DNA of 64,000 nucleotides from an uncultured Pseudomonadota bacterium (GCA_963836235.1 CAWIIP010000002.1:1990120-2054119); one strand, 5' to 3'. Shown: positions 50,801-59,645, numbered from the stretch's first letter. The notes: a model not told the origin generated them from the letters alone. Numbers and translations: made by a program.

Positions 50801-51384
50801 TCCGGGGGGCGGGCAATGTTTTGGGCGCCCAACAGCATGGCAACATGGATTCCATCGGCTTTGACCTTTACAGCCGCATGCTGTCCCAGGAAGTGTCGCA
50901 CCTGAAGGGCGAGGCCACCGCCGCCGATTTCACCCCGCTTCTTTCCCTGGGCGTGACGGCTTATTTCCCGAAGGAATATATTCTCGATGAGACCCTGAAG
51001 ATCGAGTTTTACCGCCGGCTTGCCGAAGCCACCGAGGAGGAACAATTGGTCCGGATCGAGGAAGAACTCCAAGACCGGTTCGGTCCCATGCCTTTGGAAG
51101 CCCAAATGCTGCTCAAAATCGCCGCCTTCCGGCCCCAAGCCAAACGCCTGGGCATCCAAAAACTGGAAGCCCAAAACGGCTGGGTCGCCCTCCAATGGCA
51201 CCCGGACTTGACGCCTTCGTCCGAGAGGGTGGAGAAGTGGTTCAAGCAATGGCCCCCCTCCCGCATCCGCTTCGCGCCGCAAGATCCCAACTCGGTTTCC
51301 TTCCGCGTCATGAAGGGCGACGAGGGCCCGGAAAAGCAAATGCAGGCCGTCCAAAGGCTTTTGAAGGATATTGTTGTCCTTTAA
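47848..51384 (+). CDS. mfd: Transcription-repair coupling factor Mfd
   Basis: UvrB-like N-terminus, CGDVGYGKTEVA, IDEEHRFGV, TATPIPRT, QLKGRVGR, TRCF domain. Confidence 0.97.
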   Translation: MEKTEETAAASAPKSPFAFEKLSWPAAEEAFQSLKAGKSRTLIHGVPGSAKSFLLAWFYRKLREKNPWLLVTPTREEALSLQDDLSTWLPEVPVYLCPSWETLPQDVETPDPELIGERQRTFYRLTQGEACIVVAPLMGALQGTMTPDEWIDEVLILKKGQEVPANLKEKLVSLGYEPATQVVQLGQFAMRGGILDLASPGSPSGPVRLELFGDTLESVRPLDILNQRSSGNLEEVFVFPAHEIVLKDETRYNLRQALKTKAKAVTEKTPSRWAQEALDLFGQTHQFPGWQWQGVGALEKRACLFDYLPKETRVFLMEPLAFERKWEELQDLFSSCNKQAKDDGSDLFDAEDLFSDIGFLKKALGKGQASGLSQIDQDLFQEPADFSHAVPGRSLAPYYGKFATFTGDLKKWLKEPPDSSDISRKSQVLLWCHNKGERERLSELLRQEDIVPKDNPQLSMVLGEIEQGFAFDDIQLHVLPDHDLFRRYRGRRLRRIRAVSGGKPLSSLSEISIGDWTVHVDSGICLYRGLTPLAIDGVTREYIQLEFADSEKIYLPTDQIALIQRYIGSEGSPVLSKLGGEQWSKAKAKVKREVEAIARELMALYSTRQVLKKRPFPPDTPWQHEFEDAFLYDLTPGQYTSVRDVKRDMESDRVMDRLVCGDVGYGKTEVAMRAAFKAVQDHRQVAVLVPTTILAQQHYNTFKERMGEYPVEIQMLSRFRSKAEIKKTLDLAREGKVDIVIGTHRLLTKDVRFANLGLLVIDEEHRFGVSQKEKLKALKHDVDVLTLTATPIPRTLHMSLSGIREISVIDTPPKNRRSVLSQVSPLDDRLVAEAIRREMNREGQVFYVHNHVKDIERIADRLHKLVPEAKLGVAHGQLTEHELESIMLDFVDREYHVLVCTSIIESGLDMPNVNTLIVERADAFGLAQLYQLKGRVGRTDRQAYAYFFYPRHVTLRELAQKRLEVLQEFSSLGSGMHVAMKDMEIRGAGNVLGAQQHGNMDSIGFDLYSRMLSQEVSHLKGEATAADFTPLLSLGVTAYFPKEYILDETLKIEFYRRLAEATEEEQLVRIEEELQDRFGPMPLEAQMLLKIAAFRPQAKRLGIQKLEAQNGWVALQWHPDLTPSSERVEKWFKQWPPSRIRFAPQDPNSVSFRVMKGDEGPEKQMQAVQRLLKDIVVL

Positions 51385-51476
51385 ACCCCATGATCGTTGG
51401 CCTTGCGGGGTATGGAGGGGCGTGCTACGATACCGCCTTCTTTTGACCGGTTTTAATAAAGAGAGAGGGAGTTCCT

Positions 51477-52265
51477 ATGTTTTCGCGATTGAAGAACGTG
51501 TTTTTTTACGCCGCCGCCGCCCTGGTTTTATTCGCCGCGGGCTGGGCCTGCAGCAAGTACAACAATCCAGCCGGTGTCTCGGACGACACCGTCGTGGCCA
51601 TTGTGGGCGACCATAGCATCACCTTCAAGGATTGGATGCGGCAAATGGATTTATTGCGTGTTTTCGCCACGCCGATCGATCCGGACAACAAGGACCAGGT
51701 GAAAGCCGTCCTGGACAGTTTGATCGACCAACAGGTGGTCCTGGAAGCCGCCCAGAAAGATAATTATTCGGACTCGGCTTTCGACGGAGGCCTGAAGAAA
51801 AAACTCCTGGAAGCCGATTTGAAAATGAAGGATATCAAGGACAAGCTCGAAAAGGACATGCAGACCCTCCAACGCATCGAGAAGAACTACCAGGACCCCT
51901 ATAAAAAAATGCTCCTGGCGCGGCAATACGCGAACAAAAAAGTCGGCGACGTGGTCGTGACGGACAAGGACATCCGGGATTGGTACGACGATTACAGCGC
52001 GCAGGCCCGGCAGGCCGGACAATCGCTGCCTCCCTATTCCAAGCTGACCGAAAAAATCAAGGACGAGAAGATCAAGCCCAATGTCCAGGCGGAAAAATTC
52101 ATCAAGGACCTGACCGCCGCCACCAAGATCGACAAAAAGTCGGACGTGATCGATAAATACCTGGCCAGCCTGTCCATCAGCGAGAAAATGCTCGGTTCGG
52201 ACGACTCCGCCCTCTCCCTGGACAAGGGGCAAGGCGCGGATACGAAGGGCGCCGGCAACCCCTAA
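51477..52265 (+). CDS. SurA N-terminal-like lipoprotein chaperone
   Basis: Lipobox GWAC; VVAIVG...IT, VLDSLIDQQVVLEAA, V.VTD.DI..WY. Confidence 0.7.
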   Translation: MFSRLKNVFFYAAAALVLFAAGWACSKYNNPAGVSDDTVVAIVGDHSITFKDWMRQMDLLRVFATPIDPDNKDQVKAVLDSLIDQQVVLEAAQKDNYSDSAFDGGLKKKLLEADLKMKDIKDKLEKDMQTLQRIEKNYQDPYKKMLLARQYANKKVGDVVVTDKDIRDWYDDYSAQARQAGQSLPPYSKLTEKIKDEKIKPNVQAEKFIKDLTAATKIDKKSDVIDKYLASLSISEKMLGSDDSALSLDKGQGADTKGAGNP

Positions 52266-52304
52266 ACCAACCCCCGCCGAGCCGGTGGACCGTTGGTTTT
52301 CCCG

Positions 52305-53279
52305 ATGCGGAAATTAGTGGCGGCGGCCGCCCTTTGCTTATGGGCGGCCGGCTGTAACTCCGAGCCCGCCGTGGACTTGGCCCCCCAAAGCGTCCCACCG
52401 GATAAGACGGTGGTAACCGTCAACGGGGAGCCCCTTTCCCTGGAAGAATTCGACAACGAATTCCGCCTGATGCAAATCCACTACAGCGCGGTGAGCGAGG
52501 GCGACATGCGCGCCATCAAGCGGCGGCTCTTCGAGCAGGTGATCAACCGCCGGCTTCTTGTTCAGCAAGCCCGGAATAGGGGCTTGAAACTGACCCAGTC
52601 GGAGGTGGACGGGGTTTTCCAGGAAGCCCTCAAGGACGTGCCGGAGGATTACTGGGCGGTCCTCAAGGTCCAGGGCATCAGCCGGGACGTTTGGAAGCGC
52701 AAGATGCTCCAGGAAAAACTGGCCCGCAAGGTCGTGGATTTGGAGGTGAATTCCCAGGTCCAAATCACACCGCAGGAAGTAGAGGATTACTACTGGACCC
52801 ACCTTTCGAATTATTGGCGGCCCCAGGCGGTCCGGGTGAGGCATTTGGTCGTCAAAAAGGTTGGGGATCTGCAAAAGGTTTTGGAGAGCTTGAAAAAGGG
52901 CGAGGACTTTCCCAAGATTACCTCCACTTTCTCCGTCGGACCGGAAAAGTCCCAGGGAGGGGACTGGGGTTTCATGGACGTGGACCGGCTGCCCTCGGCC
53001 TACCTCAAGGCCCTCTCGGGCCTCCAGCCGGGCGAGATTTCGAAGCCTTTAAAGGATGATTTTGGGTATCATTTGTTCCAATTGACCGAGTGGCGCAGCC
53101 GCCAAATGCGGCCTTTCGCCGAAGTGAGAGACCAGATCCACGACGACTTGACGAAAGAGGAACAGGACCTTCGTTTCGACCAGTGGATGACGGATTTGAA
53201 GAAAAAATCGATGATCAAAGTAAATAAAGAAATGGCCCCGATGGTCGGGATCACCCTGGAGGATTTGCGTGACGAATAA
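52305..53279 (+). CDS. Parvulin-type peptidyl-prolyl isomerase lipoprotein (SurA/PrsA-like)
   Basis: Lipobox AAGC; VRVRHLVV, GGDWGF, GEISKP, GYHLF. Confidence 0.88.
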   Translation: MRKLVAAAALCLWAAGCNSEPAVDLAPQSVPPDKTVVTVNGEPLSLEEFDNEFRLMQIHYSAVSEGDMRAIKRRLFEQVINRRLLVQQARNRGLKLTQSEVDGVFQEALKDVPEDYWAVLKVQGISRDVWKRKMLQEKLARKVVDLEVNSQVQITPQEVEDYYWTHLSNYWRPQAVRVRHLVVKKVGDLQKVLESLKKGEDFPKITSTFSVGPEKSQGGDWGFMDVDRLPSAYLKALSGLQPGEISKPLKDDFGYHLFQLTEWRSRQMRPFAEVRDQIHDDLTKEEQDLRFDQWMTDLKKKSMIKVNKEMAPMVGITLEDLRDE

Positions 53280-55125
53280 ATGGATAGCCTTGTGTCTGAC
53301 CCTGGCGGCCCTCGGGCTCGCGGGCCCCGGCCGGACCGCCGTGGCCCCGAAAACATTGGATGAAATCGTCCTGGTCGTGGATCAGGACGCCATGACGAGG
53401 GGTGAGATGGAGGAGGCTATCGACTCCGTTTTCGCGGCCCAGGGAATCAAGCCTCCGGCCCCGGGAACCTCCGATTACCAAGAAGCCAAGAAAGAAGTGG
53501 TGGAAGCCTTTGTCCGGGAAGTCCTCATGGCCGAGGAAGCGGACCGGGAAAAGGTCGAGGTCGAGGACGGTGACGTGGACCATCAGGTCGACCAGGAAAT
53601 CGAAAACATGAAGAAGCGCTACAACGGCGACCAGGAGTTCACCGACGCCTTGAAAAAAGAGGGCATCGGCATGGATGACCTGAAACAGGACATCCACGAC
53701 CAAATGCTGCGGCGCATCAAGGCCAACCGGATCCTTCAAATGAAGCAGCATGATCTTCCCAAGACAGCCTTCGTGACCGACGAGGAAGTCCGGGACTATT
53801 TCGACCGGCATCCCAAGGACTATGAGCAGGTCAAGTTTTCCATCATCCTTTTCCGGATTCCGGCCAAGTCCGCCCAGGCTTACAAGCAGGAAGTGGAAAA
53901 GCAGGCGAAGGACATCCTGGCCCAAATCAAAAAAGGCGGGGATTTCGCCGCCTTGGCCAAGAAATATTCCGAGGACGAGGCTTCGGCCGCCAACGGGGGC
54001 CAAATGGACCCGATGTACCGGGTGGATTTGAATCCCAAACTGGCCGACGGCATTTTCAGCATTGCCGTCCATAGCATGGGCCTGGTTTACGCGGATGACG
54101 GCATTTACATCGTCAAAGTGGACCACAAGGGAACGGCCGATTACGATTCGGTGGCTCCGGATATCAAGGACCACCTGCGCAAACAAAAACAGGATTCTTC
54201 CTTCAGCGAATGGATCGAGAGCTTGAAAAAGGACGCCTACATCGTGGAAGACGGCCAGGTCGTGCCTTACCAAGCGCCCGTCACCGAAACCGCCGGTTTG
54301 CCGAAAGCGGGCAAAGCCGCCGCCCCGGCCGCGAATCCGAACAGCCCTTCCATGCCCTCGAGCATGGCGGGCGACCAGACGGCCGTCGCTTCCACCGCCG
54401 TCACCGAAAGCCAGGATAATTCCTCCCAGCCCTCGGATATTTATCCGACCTTGCCCAATCCCGACAGCCTAGTGTTGGATTTAGGAGTGGAAGGATTCTC
54501 CTTCGCCACCCAAGACCTGTCCGACTACTACGGGCCTTCCGTCAATACGACCCAGGGTTTTCCCTTCGGTTTTGGCCTGCACCTGAGCCTGGATTACGCC
54601 TTGGCGCCGACCCTTCTCTTCGGGATCAGCCTGGAGGGCCTCCAAAAATTCGGCGAATCGGTCAATTTTTCCCCCACCAACGCCTCCAGCTATAGCGACC
54701 ATTGGTCGGCCGCCGCGGTTGGGCCGGGACTGGAAGCCAAGATCCTGATTCCCCTGGATGAAAGCACGAACTTTATTCTTTCCGCCGGGGGAGGCTATTA
54801 CTTCCTCACGGGCGCGGGAGTGACGGTCGAGGGCGCCGCCGTGACCGAAAACACAAATCTGGGCGGGTCCAATTTTGGCGGGGAAGCCGCCGCCGGGGTG
54901 GAATTCTTCTTCGACCAGCAAAAGGATTCGGCCTTCGACCTGGAAGTGGGATACCGGGTTTTGAAATTCCAGCCGATCAATTCCGACCTGACGGTCAACG
55001 ATAACGGCCCCTACACGGATTTCCCTTCGCCCTTGACGAACAGCGACGGCAGCAAGGCCGCGGTCGATTTCTCGGGGATCCACATCGGTTTGGGGGTGCG
55101 GTTCTACCTGGATAAGGGCGACTAA
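53269..55125 (+). CDS. SurA-like parvulin chaperone fused to a C-terminal outer-membrane beta-barrel
   Basis: Signal peptide, LDEIVLVVD SurA-N, GGDFAALAKKYSED..SA.NGG, low-complexity linker, then amphipathic beta-strands ending GIHIGLGVRFYL. Confidence 0.75.
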   Translation: MTNKWIALCLTLAALGLAGPGRTAVAPKTLDEIVLVVDQDAMTRGEMEEAIDSVFAAQGIKPPAPGTSDYQEAKKEVVEAFVREVLMAEEADREKVEVEDGDVDHQVDQEIENMKKRYNGDQEFTDALKKEGIGMDDLKQDIHDQMLRRIKANRILQMKQHDLPKTAFVTDEEVRDYFDRHPKDYEQVKFSIILFRIPAKSAQAYKQEVEKQAKDILAQIKKGGDFAALAKKYSEDEASAANGGQMDPMYRVDLNPKLADGIFSIAVHSMGLVYADDGIYIVKVDHKGTADYDSVAPDIKDHLRKQKQDSSFSEWIESLKKDAYIVEDGQVVPYQAPVTETAGLPKAGKAAAPAANPNSPSMPSSMAGDQTAVASTAVTESQDNSSQPSDIYPTLPNPDSLVLDLGVEGFSFATQDLSDYYGPSVNTTQGFPFGFGLHLSLDYALAPTLLFGISLEGLQKFGESVNFSPTNASSYSDHWSAAAVGPGLEAKILIPLDESTNFILSAGGGYYFLTGAGVTVEGAAVTENTNLGGSNFGGEAAAGVEFFFDQQKDSAFDLEVGYRVLKFQPINSDLTVNDNGPYTDFPSPLTNSDGSKAAVDFSGIHIGLGVRFYLDKGD

Positions 55126-55158
55126 GAACACCCAAATTGTTTTTAAACGGGGAACCGT

Positions 55159-55419
55159 CTGAGAATTGACCTCTACCTGAAACTGATCGGCATCTCCAAG
55201 ACCCGCATGGCCGCCAAGCGCCTATGCGACACCGGCAAGGTTTTTCACGGGGGGAAAGCCCTCAAGCCCTCCTATGAGCTTGAGGGGGGCGAAATCCTCG
55301 AGGTGATTCTTCCTTTCAAAGAAACGAAACTCCAAGTGACCGCCCTGCCGCCTTCCAAATCCGTTTCCAAACAGGACCGGGTCCAGTTTTTCACCCTTCT
55401 CTCCGTTAAAGAGTTGTAA
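55159..55419 (+). CDS. S4-domain RNA-binding protein (RqcP/YabO/Hsp15-like), probable CTG start
   Basis: The in-frame extension reads (M)RIDLYLKLIGISKTRMAAKRLCDTGKV...KPSYEL..GE; GGGGA RBS before the CTG. Confidence 0.8.
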   Translation: MRIDLYLKLIGISKTRMAAKRLCDTGKVFHGGKALKPSYELEGGEILEVILPFKETKLQVTALPPSKSVSKQDRVQFFTLLSVKEL

Positions 55420-55473
55420 AAGAATCTCCGGATAGTTGCGCCAAGGTTAAAAAACATTTACATTGCGCGGGCT

Positions 55474-56787
55474 ATGAAACGAACTCGAGCGCTCATTTCA
55501 GCTTTTTTCCTGCTCTTGCCCTGCCTTTCCCTGGCGGACGACCAGGCGGATTTCACGCCCGGCCTCTATACCCTCCATTTCCAGACGACCCTGCTTCCCC
55601 AATACCATGGTTCCTATCCCGCCCTCTATACGGGCGCCAACAGCCTTTCGCCCAGCCCCGAACTCAATATGTCCTTCACGGCTACCCTTTTCCTGGGGCT
55701 GAAAGCCTGGGAAGGCGGGTTTCTTTACGCCGACCCGGAAGTTCCGGCGGGCAGCGGCTTCAGCCATGTCACAGGGCTGGCGGACTTTCCCAACGGCGAA
55801 ATTTCCAAAGTGGGAACGGAGCGGCCTACCTATAACCAGGCCCGGGTCTATTTCCAGCAGGTCTTTGGCCTGGGCGGCGAGAAGGAAAAGATCGACGACG
55901 ACCAAAACCAGGTGGCGGCCCAATTGGACCTCTCGCGAATCACGGTAACGGCGGGGAAGTTCAGCCTGAATGATTTTTTCGACAACAACGCCTACGCCCA
56001 CGACCCCCGCACCCAGTTCATGAATGAGGTCCTGGTGACCAACACCTCCTGGGATTACGCCGCCGACACCCACGGCTACACCATCGGGGTAATGGCGGAA
56101 CTCAACCAAAAGGACTGGGCCATCCGGTTTTGCGAGGCCATGGTTTCCACCACCTCCAACGGCCCGATTTACGACCTGGACCTGGGCCAGGCCCATTCCG
56201 AAAACGCCGAATTGGAATGGCGCTATGGGGCCGATGCGGGGGCGGGGAAACTGCGATTCCTCCTTTACGACAACCGGGCCCACATGGGCAGTTACCAGGC
56301 CGCCCTGGACGCCTCGCCCACCGACCCGGATGTGATTTCCACCCGGGCTTACCGGCAAAAGTTCGGGTTGGGGCTCAACTGGGAGCAGAATGCCGGGGCG
56401 GACCTGGGCTTTTTCGGTAGGTTGGGCTGGAGCGACGGCCAAAACGAAATCTGGATGTTCACCGCCGTGGACCAGGTCGCCTCCCTGGGCCTTTCATTGA
56501 AGGGTACTGCCTGGGGCCGGGGACAAGACCAGGTGGGCCTGGGGGCGGCTGTCGCCGGGCTATCCAGCGTGCACCAGGCCTACCTGGCCGCCGGGGGTCT
56601 GGATTTTGACCTGGGGGACGGGGCCTTGAGTTATGCCCCGGAGGAGATGGAGGAGCTTTACTATCTCTGCAAGCCCACCGAGCACCTTTCCCTGACCCTG
56701 GATTTCCAGGGTTTCAACAACCCCGCCTATAACCAGGATAGGGGGTCGGTAGGGGTTATTGCCGGCCGGGCCCATTTCGAGATATAG
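55474..56787 (+). CDS. OprB-family / high-affinity Mn2+ porin-like protein
   Basis: Signal peptide; YAHDPRTQFMN, WDYAADT.GY, NPAYN.DRG; C-terminal HFEI. Confidence 0.85.
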   Translation: MKRTRALISAFFLLLPCLSLADDQADFTPGLYTLHFQTTLLPQYHGSYPALYTGANSLSPSPELNMSFTATLFLGLKAWEGGFLYADPEVPAGSGFSHVTGLADFPNGEISKVGTERPTYNQARVYFQQVFGLGGEKEKIDDDQNQVAAQLDLSRITVTAGKFSLNDFFDNNAYAHDPRTQFMNEVLVTNTSWDYAADTHGYTIGVMAELNQKDWAIRFCEAMVSTTSNGPIYDLDLGQAHSENAELEWRYGADAGAGKLRFLLYDNRAHMGSYQAALDASPTDPDVISTRAYRQKFGLGLNWEQNAGADLGFFGRLGWSDGQNEIWMFTAVDQVASLGLSLKGTAWGRGQDQVGLGAAVAGLSSVHQAYLAAGGLDFDLGDGALSYAPEEMEELYYLCKPTEHLSLTLDFQGFNNPAYNQDRGSVGVIAGRAHFEI

Positions 56788-56904
56788 GCCCCTGGTTCGA
56801 AGCCACAAGCCGAGAACCGAGATTCGATGCTTTCTATCGCCCTTGGCCGTATTAGCGGCCAACGGGTGGGTGTGCCAGGCAATAGTTAAAAGGGCCTGGT
56901 AAAC

Positions 56905-56948
56905 CACTACGACACCCACTACGACATGTCGTAGTGGGTGTCGTAGTG
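56905..56948. repeat. Perfect 44-bp palindrome of four CACTACGACA units
   Basis: CACTACGACA-CC-CACTACGACA|TGTCGTAGTG-GG-TGTCGTAGTG. Confidence 0.9.
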
Positions 56949-57221
56949 AAAACCGACCAATTTTGAGTTTCGCCGCGAAACTCTAAAAACCTAGAAAACC
57001 GAGGGGGGTGTTTCCTCAGGAAACACCCCCTCTTTTTAAAGGGTTTTTATGGGTGTCTTAGTGCCTGTCGTAGTCAGGCTGCCTGCGGTGAGCTTGTCGA
57101 ACCCGTCATAGTGCCCATTTTAAATCCCCCCTGCGTTGAGGCCACCAGCCGAAATGCTAGCCTTGGGTGTGCTAGGCCCAACATTTAAAAGGGCCTAGCG
57201 CCATGCTAAAATCCCCCCACC

Positions 57222-57507
57222 ATGGCACTCAAGGTCCTTAATACCCTTATATTCCTCGCCTTACGGGCTTTCCTGTTGGGGGCCACCCTCTATCACGTCA
57301 ACCGAATCTTTTAGGATATGGCTTTTTTCAGTCTTCTCCCTCAACGCCATGAGGTTCCTGTCGAGTGGTCCGATTATTTTAGCCCCCTTGGGGCAACCGG
57401 CCTTACTTTCGGGCTTTACCTTTTGGTCCTTGCCCTCAACCTAGCCTGGGATAGCCTTTGGGATAGGATCGATCCCCCCAGAAGGGGGTTTATCCAACCG
57501 TGTAAAA
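57222..57507 (+). pseudogene. Small membrane-protein gene with an in-frame TAG, running into the element end
   Basis: MALKVLNTLIFLALRAFLLGATLYHVNRIF*DMAFFSLL...; TAG at 57312-57314; the frame continues into the TIR at 57508. Confidence 0.45.
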
Positions 57508-58529
57508 GGGGTCAGTCATCAATTATTAATATTTACAAGTTGGAGGCAATCGGTTAGCTTGTCGGGGCTATGAGAAAACCTAGACTTCTTTATCTCGGCG
57601 GCTTGTACCACGTGATTGCCAGGGGAAATCAACGTCAAAAAACATTTTTGGCCAAGGTTGATTTTCTTAAATATCTGGAACTATTAGGCGAGCATTTGGA
57701 AACGCGTGAAATAAGGCTTTATGCCTATTGCCTGATGCCCAACCATGTTCATCTGTTGGTAGAACAAGCCGGTGATTATCCCTTGTCCCGGTATATGCAT
57801 CGGCTCCAAACGGCTTATACCCAATTCTTCAACCGGACCCATAAGAAAGTAGGCCATCTTTTTCAGGGTCGGTATAAGGCCATATTGGTGGACAAGGATT
57901 CATATCTGTTGGAATTGGTTCGATACATTGGGTTGAATCCGTTCAGGGCGAAATTGGAGGAAAAGCCGGGAATATATCCCTGGACCAGCCACCAACAATA
58001 TTTGGGCCGAGAGAATAAGCCATTGGCGAAAGTGGAAGTTGAACCAGTTTTGGCTCTTTTCAGCAAAAGGAAGAAAGAAGCCCAAAAGGCCTATTTGAGG
58101 TTCGTAAAGGAAGGCATGGGGGAAGGCCATCGGGAGGATTTGTATGATGTCCGGCAGGGACATATTTTGGGGGACCAGGAATTCGAACAAAAAGCGCATC
58201 AAAAGGCCCAACGTCCGCTGTCAGGTGCGAGTTTGAAGGTGAAGAAAACATTACCTGAAATATGGAAAGTACTTTTGAAACGGGAAGGGCATAGTGAAGA
58301 TCCGACAGGCCATCGCCGAAGCCGTTTAATGGAAGAAGCGGCCTATCTAGCGTTTGAGGGGTGTGGGATAAGCCAAAGAGAGATAGGGGTATATTTTGGG
58401 AAAAATCAAAGCGCAGTCAGCCAGGCCATTAGGCGTTTGGAGATGAAGTGGAAAGAACAGCCCGGGGAAAAGGAGAAGTGGTTTCGATGGGCGCGACACT
58501 TAGAATATTAATAAATGATGACTGACCCC
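57508..58529 (+). mobile_element. TIR-flanked Y1/HUH (RAYT-like) transposase element
   Basis: 26-bp TIRs GGGGTCAGTCATCA(A/T)TTATTAATATT with one mismatch; no TSD seen. Confidence 0.85.
57570..58511 (+). CDS. REP-associated tyrosine transposase-like (Y1_Tnp) with C-terminal HTH
   Basis: YHVIARGN, AYCLMPNHVHLL (HUH), GHLFQGRY, YIGLNP.RA, YPWTS. Confidence 0.9.
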   Translation: MRKPRLLYLGGLYHVIARGNQRQKTFLAKVDFLKYLELLGEHLETREIRLYAYCLMPNHVHLLVEQAGDYPLSRYMHRLQTAYTQFFNRTHKKVGHLFQGRYKAILVDKDSYLLELVRYIGLNPFRAKLEEKPGIYPWTSHQQYLGRENKPLAKVEVEPVLALFSKRKKEAQKAYLRFVKEGMGEGHREDLYDVRQGHILGDQEFEQKAHQKAQRPLSGASLKVKKTLPEIWKVLLKREGHSEDPTGHRRSRLMEEAAYLAFEGCGISQREIGVYFGKNQSAVSQAIRRLEMKWKEQPGEKEKWFRWARHLEY

Positions 58530-58545
58530 GTTCAGAGATGAAATC

Positions 58546-59487
58546 ATGGCGCAAATTCCGGCTGGTTGCAAAGTCGCCAAAATCCAAGAAGGGGATTTGA
58601 GGGGCCTGGGGCCTCATGACCTGCTGGTCTTTTATCAAACCCATCCTCCTTATTTTCCGAACGCCTTGGAGGTTTTTTCAAGCGAGGACGGCCATTATTC
58701 CCTCTTGTGGAAATACCAGTTCGATCCTTCCGATATTGGAGGTATGGACCTCGAACTCTCGGGCCCTTACCGCTTGGACCCTTCGGAAAAAGCCCCGGTT
58801 CTCCTGATCGGCAGCGTCGGGGGTGCCTCCATGGGTTCGGGTTTATTGGCTTTTCATTGGGATGGAACGACTTTCCAAAAAGTCCCGCCGGACATGCGCG
58901 ATTGGAGCTTTGACATCCGTGACCTAGGCGGGGATGGGCGGAAAGAACTGATCCTAGGGGACCGGTACATGGAAGATAAAATCTACGAATATGAAAAGGG
59001 CCGGTTCGTTTTGGAAAACGCCTCGTTCCCCCAGTATTACGCCCAAGGCAAAAACGACCCCGGGATGGAGGCGGGTATCCCGCAATGGATTGAAGACCTC
59101 CGGGACCCCGATGCCTGTAGGCAGGCGGCTTATGCCTTGCGGCTGTTGAAATTCAAGAACGAAAAGATTATCCGGGCTTTATTGCGGGCGGCGCAGGATG
59201 AATACCCCAACGTGCGGGACGCGGCCCTCGACACTTTGAGGGCCACGCCCTCCCGTGCCCGTGAAATCGTTCCGGTGTTCATGAAATTGATCCCAAGGGC
59301 GGAAACCCCGGCGGAAAGAAAAAGGCTGGTCGCCGCGCTGGGCGGTTTCGAAACACACGCCCGGAAAGCCCTGCCTTTGCTGGAGTCGCTCAAAAAGAAA
59401 TACCAGGGGGACCCGGATTTCCAAAAAACAGTGGACGACGCCATCCGCAGCCTAAAAGGCGAAAATGACCCCGCTTATATTGAGTGA
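58546..59487 (+). CDS. Hypothetical protein with FG-GAP-like motif and C-terminal HEAT repeats
   Basis: DLGGDGRKELILG; VRDAALDTL / LVAALG repeats. Confidence 0.6.
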   Translation: MAQIPAGCKVAKIQEGDLRGLGPHDLLVFYQTHPPYFPNALEVFSSEDGHYSLLWKYQFDPSDIGGMDLELSGPYRLDPSEKAPVLLIGSVGGASMGSGLLAFHWDGTTFQKVPPDMRDWSFDIRDLGGDGRKELILGDRYMEDKIYEYEKGRFVLENASFPQYYAQGKNDPGMEAGIPQWIEDLRDPDACRQAAYALRLLKFKNEKIIRALLRAAQDEYPNVRDAALDTLRATPSRAREIVPVFMKLIPRAETPAERKRLVAALGGFETHARKALPLLESLKKKYQGDPDFQKTVDDAIRSLKGENDPAYIE

Positions 59488-59524
59488 CCCAGAAGAAGGA
59501 TGTTGACTCAGTTTGAATTTATGT

Positions 59525-59645
59525 CGTCATTGCGAGGAGGTCAGTTTTCGACCGAGGAAGCAATCCGAAACAGACCAAAAACTGCAGTTTTTTGGAAGTT
59601 TGGATTGCCGTGTCGGCCTTAAACCCAGGCCTCCTCGCAATGACG
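59525..59645. repeat. GTCATTGCGAG-type palindromic repeat element
   Basis: Perfect 16-bp IR CGTCATTGCGAGGAGG / CCTCCTCGCAATGACG with inner GCAATCC/GGATTGC. Confidence 0.8.

Noticed and set aside
56905-57113. CRISPR array
   Set aside because: Units are 10 bp with 2-bp gaps; there are no unique spacers and no cas genes.
57312-57314. Programmed amber readthrough (pyrrolysine or recoding)
   Set aside because: TAG is used as a normal stop elsewhere (dsbD, the cyclase, the porin at 56787) and no pyl genes are in the window; decay is the simpler explanation.
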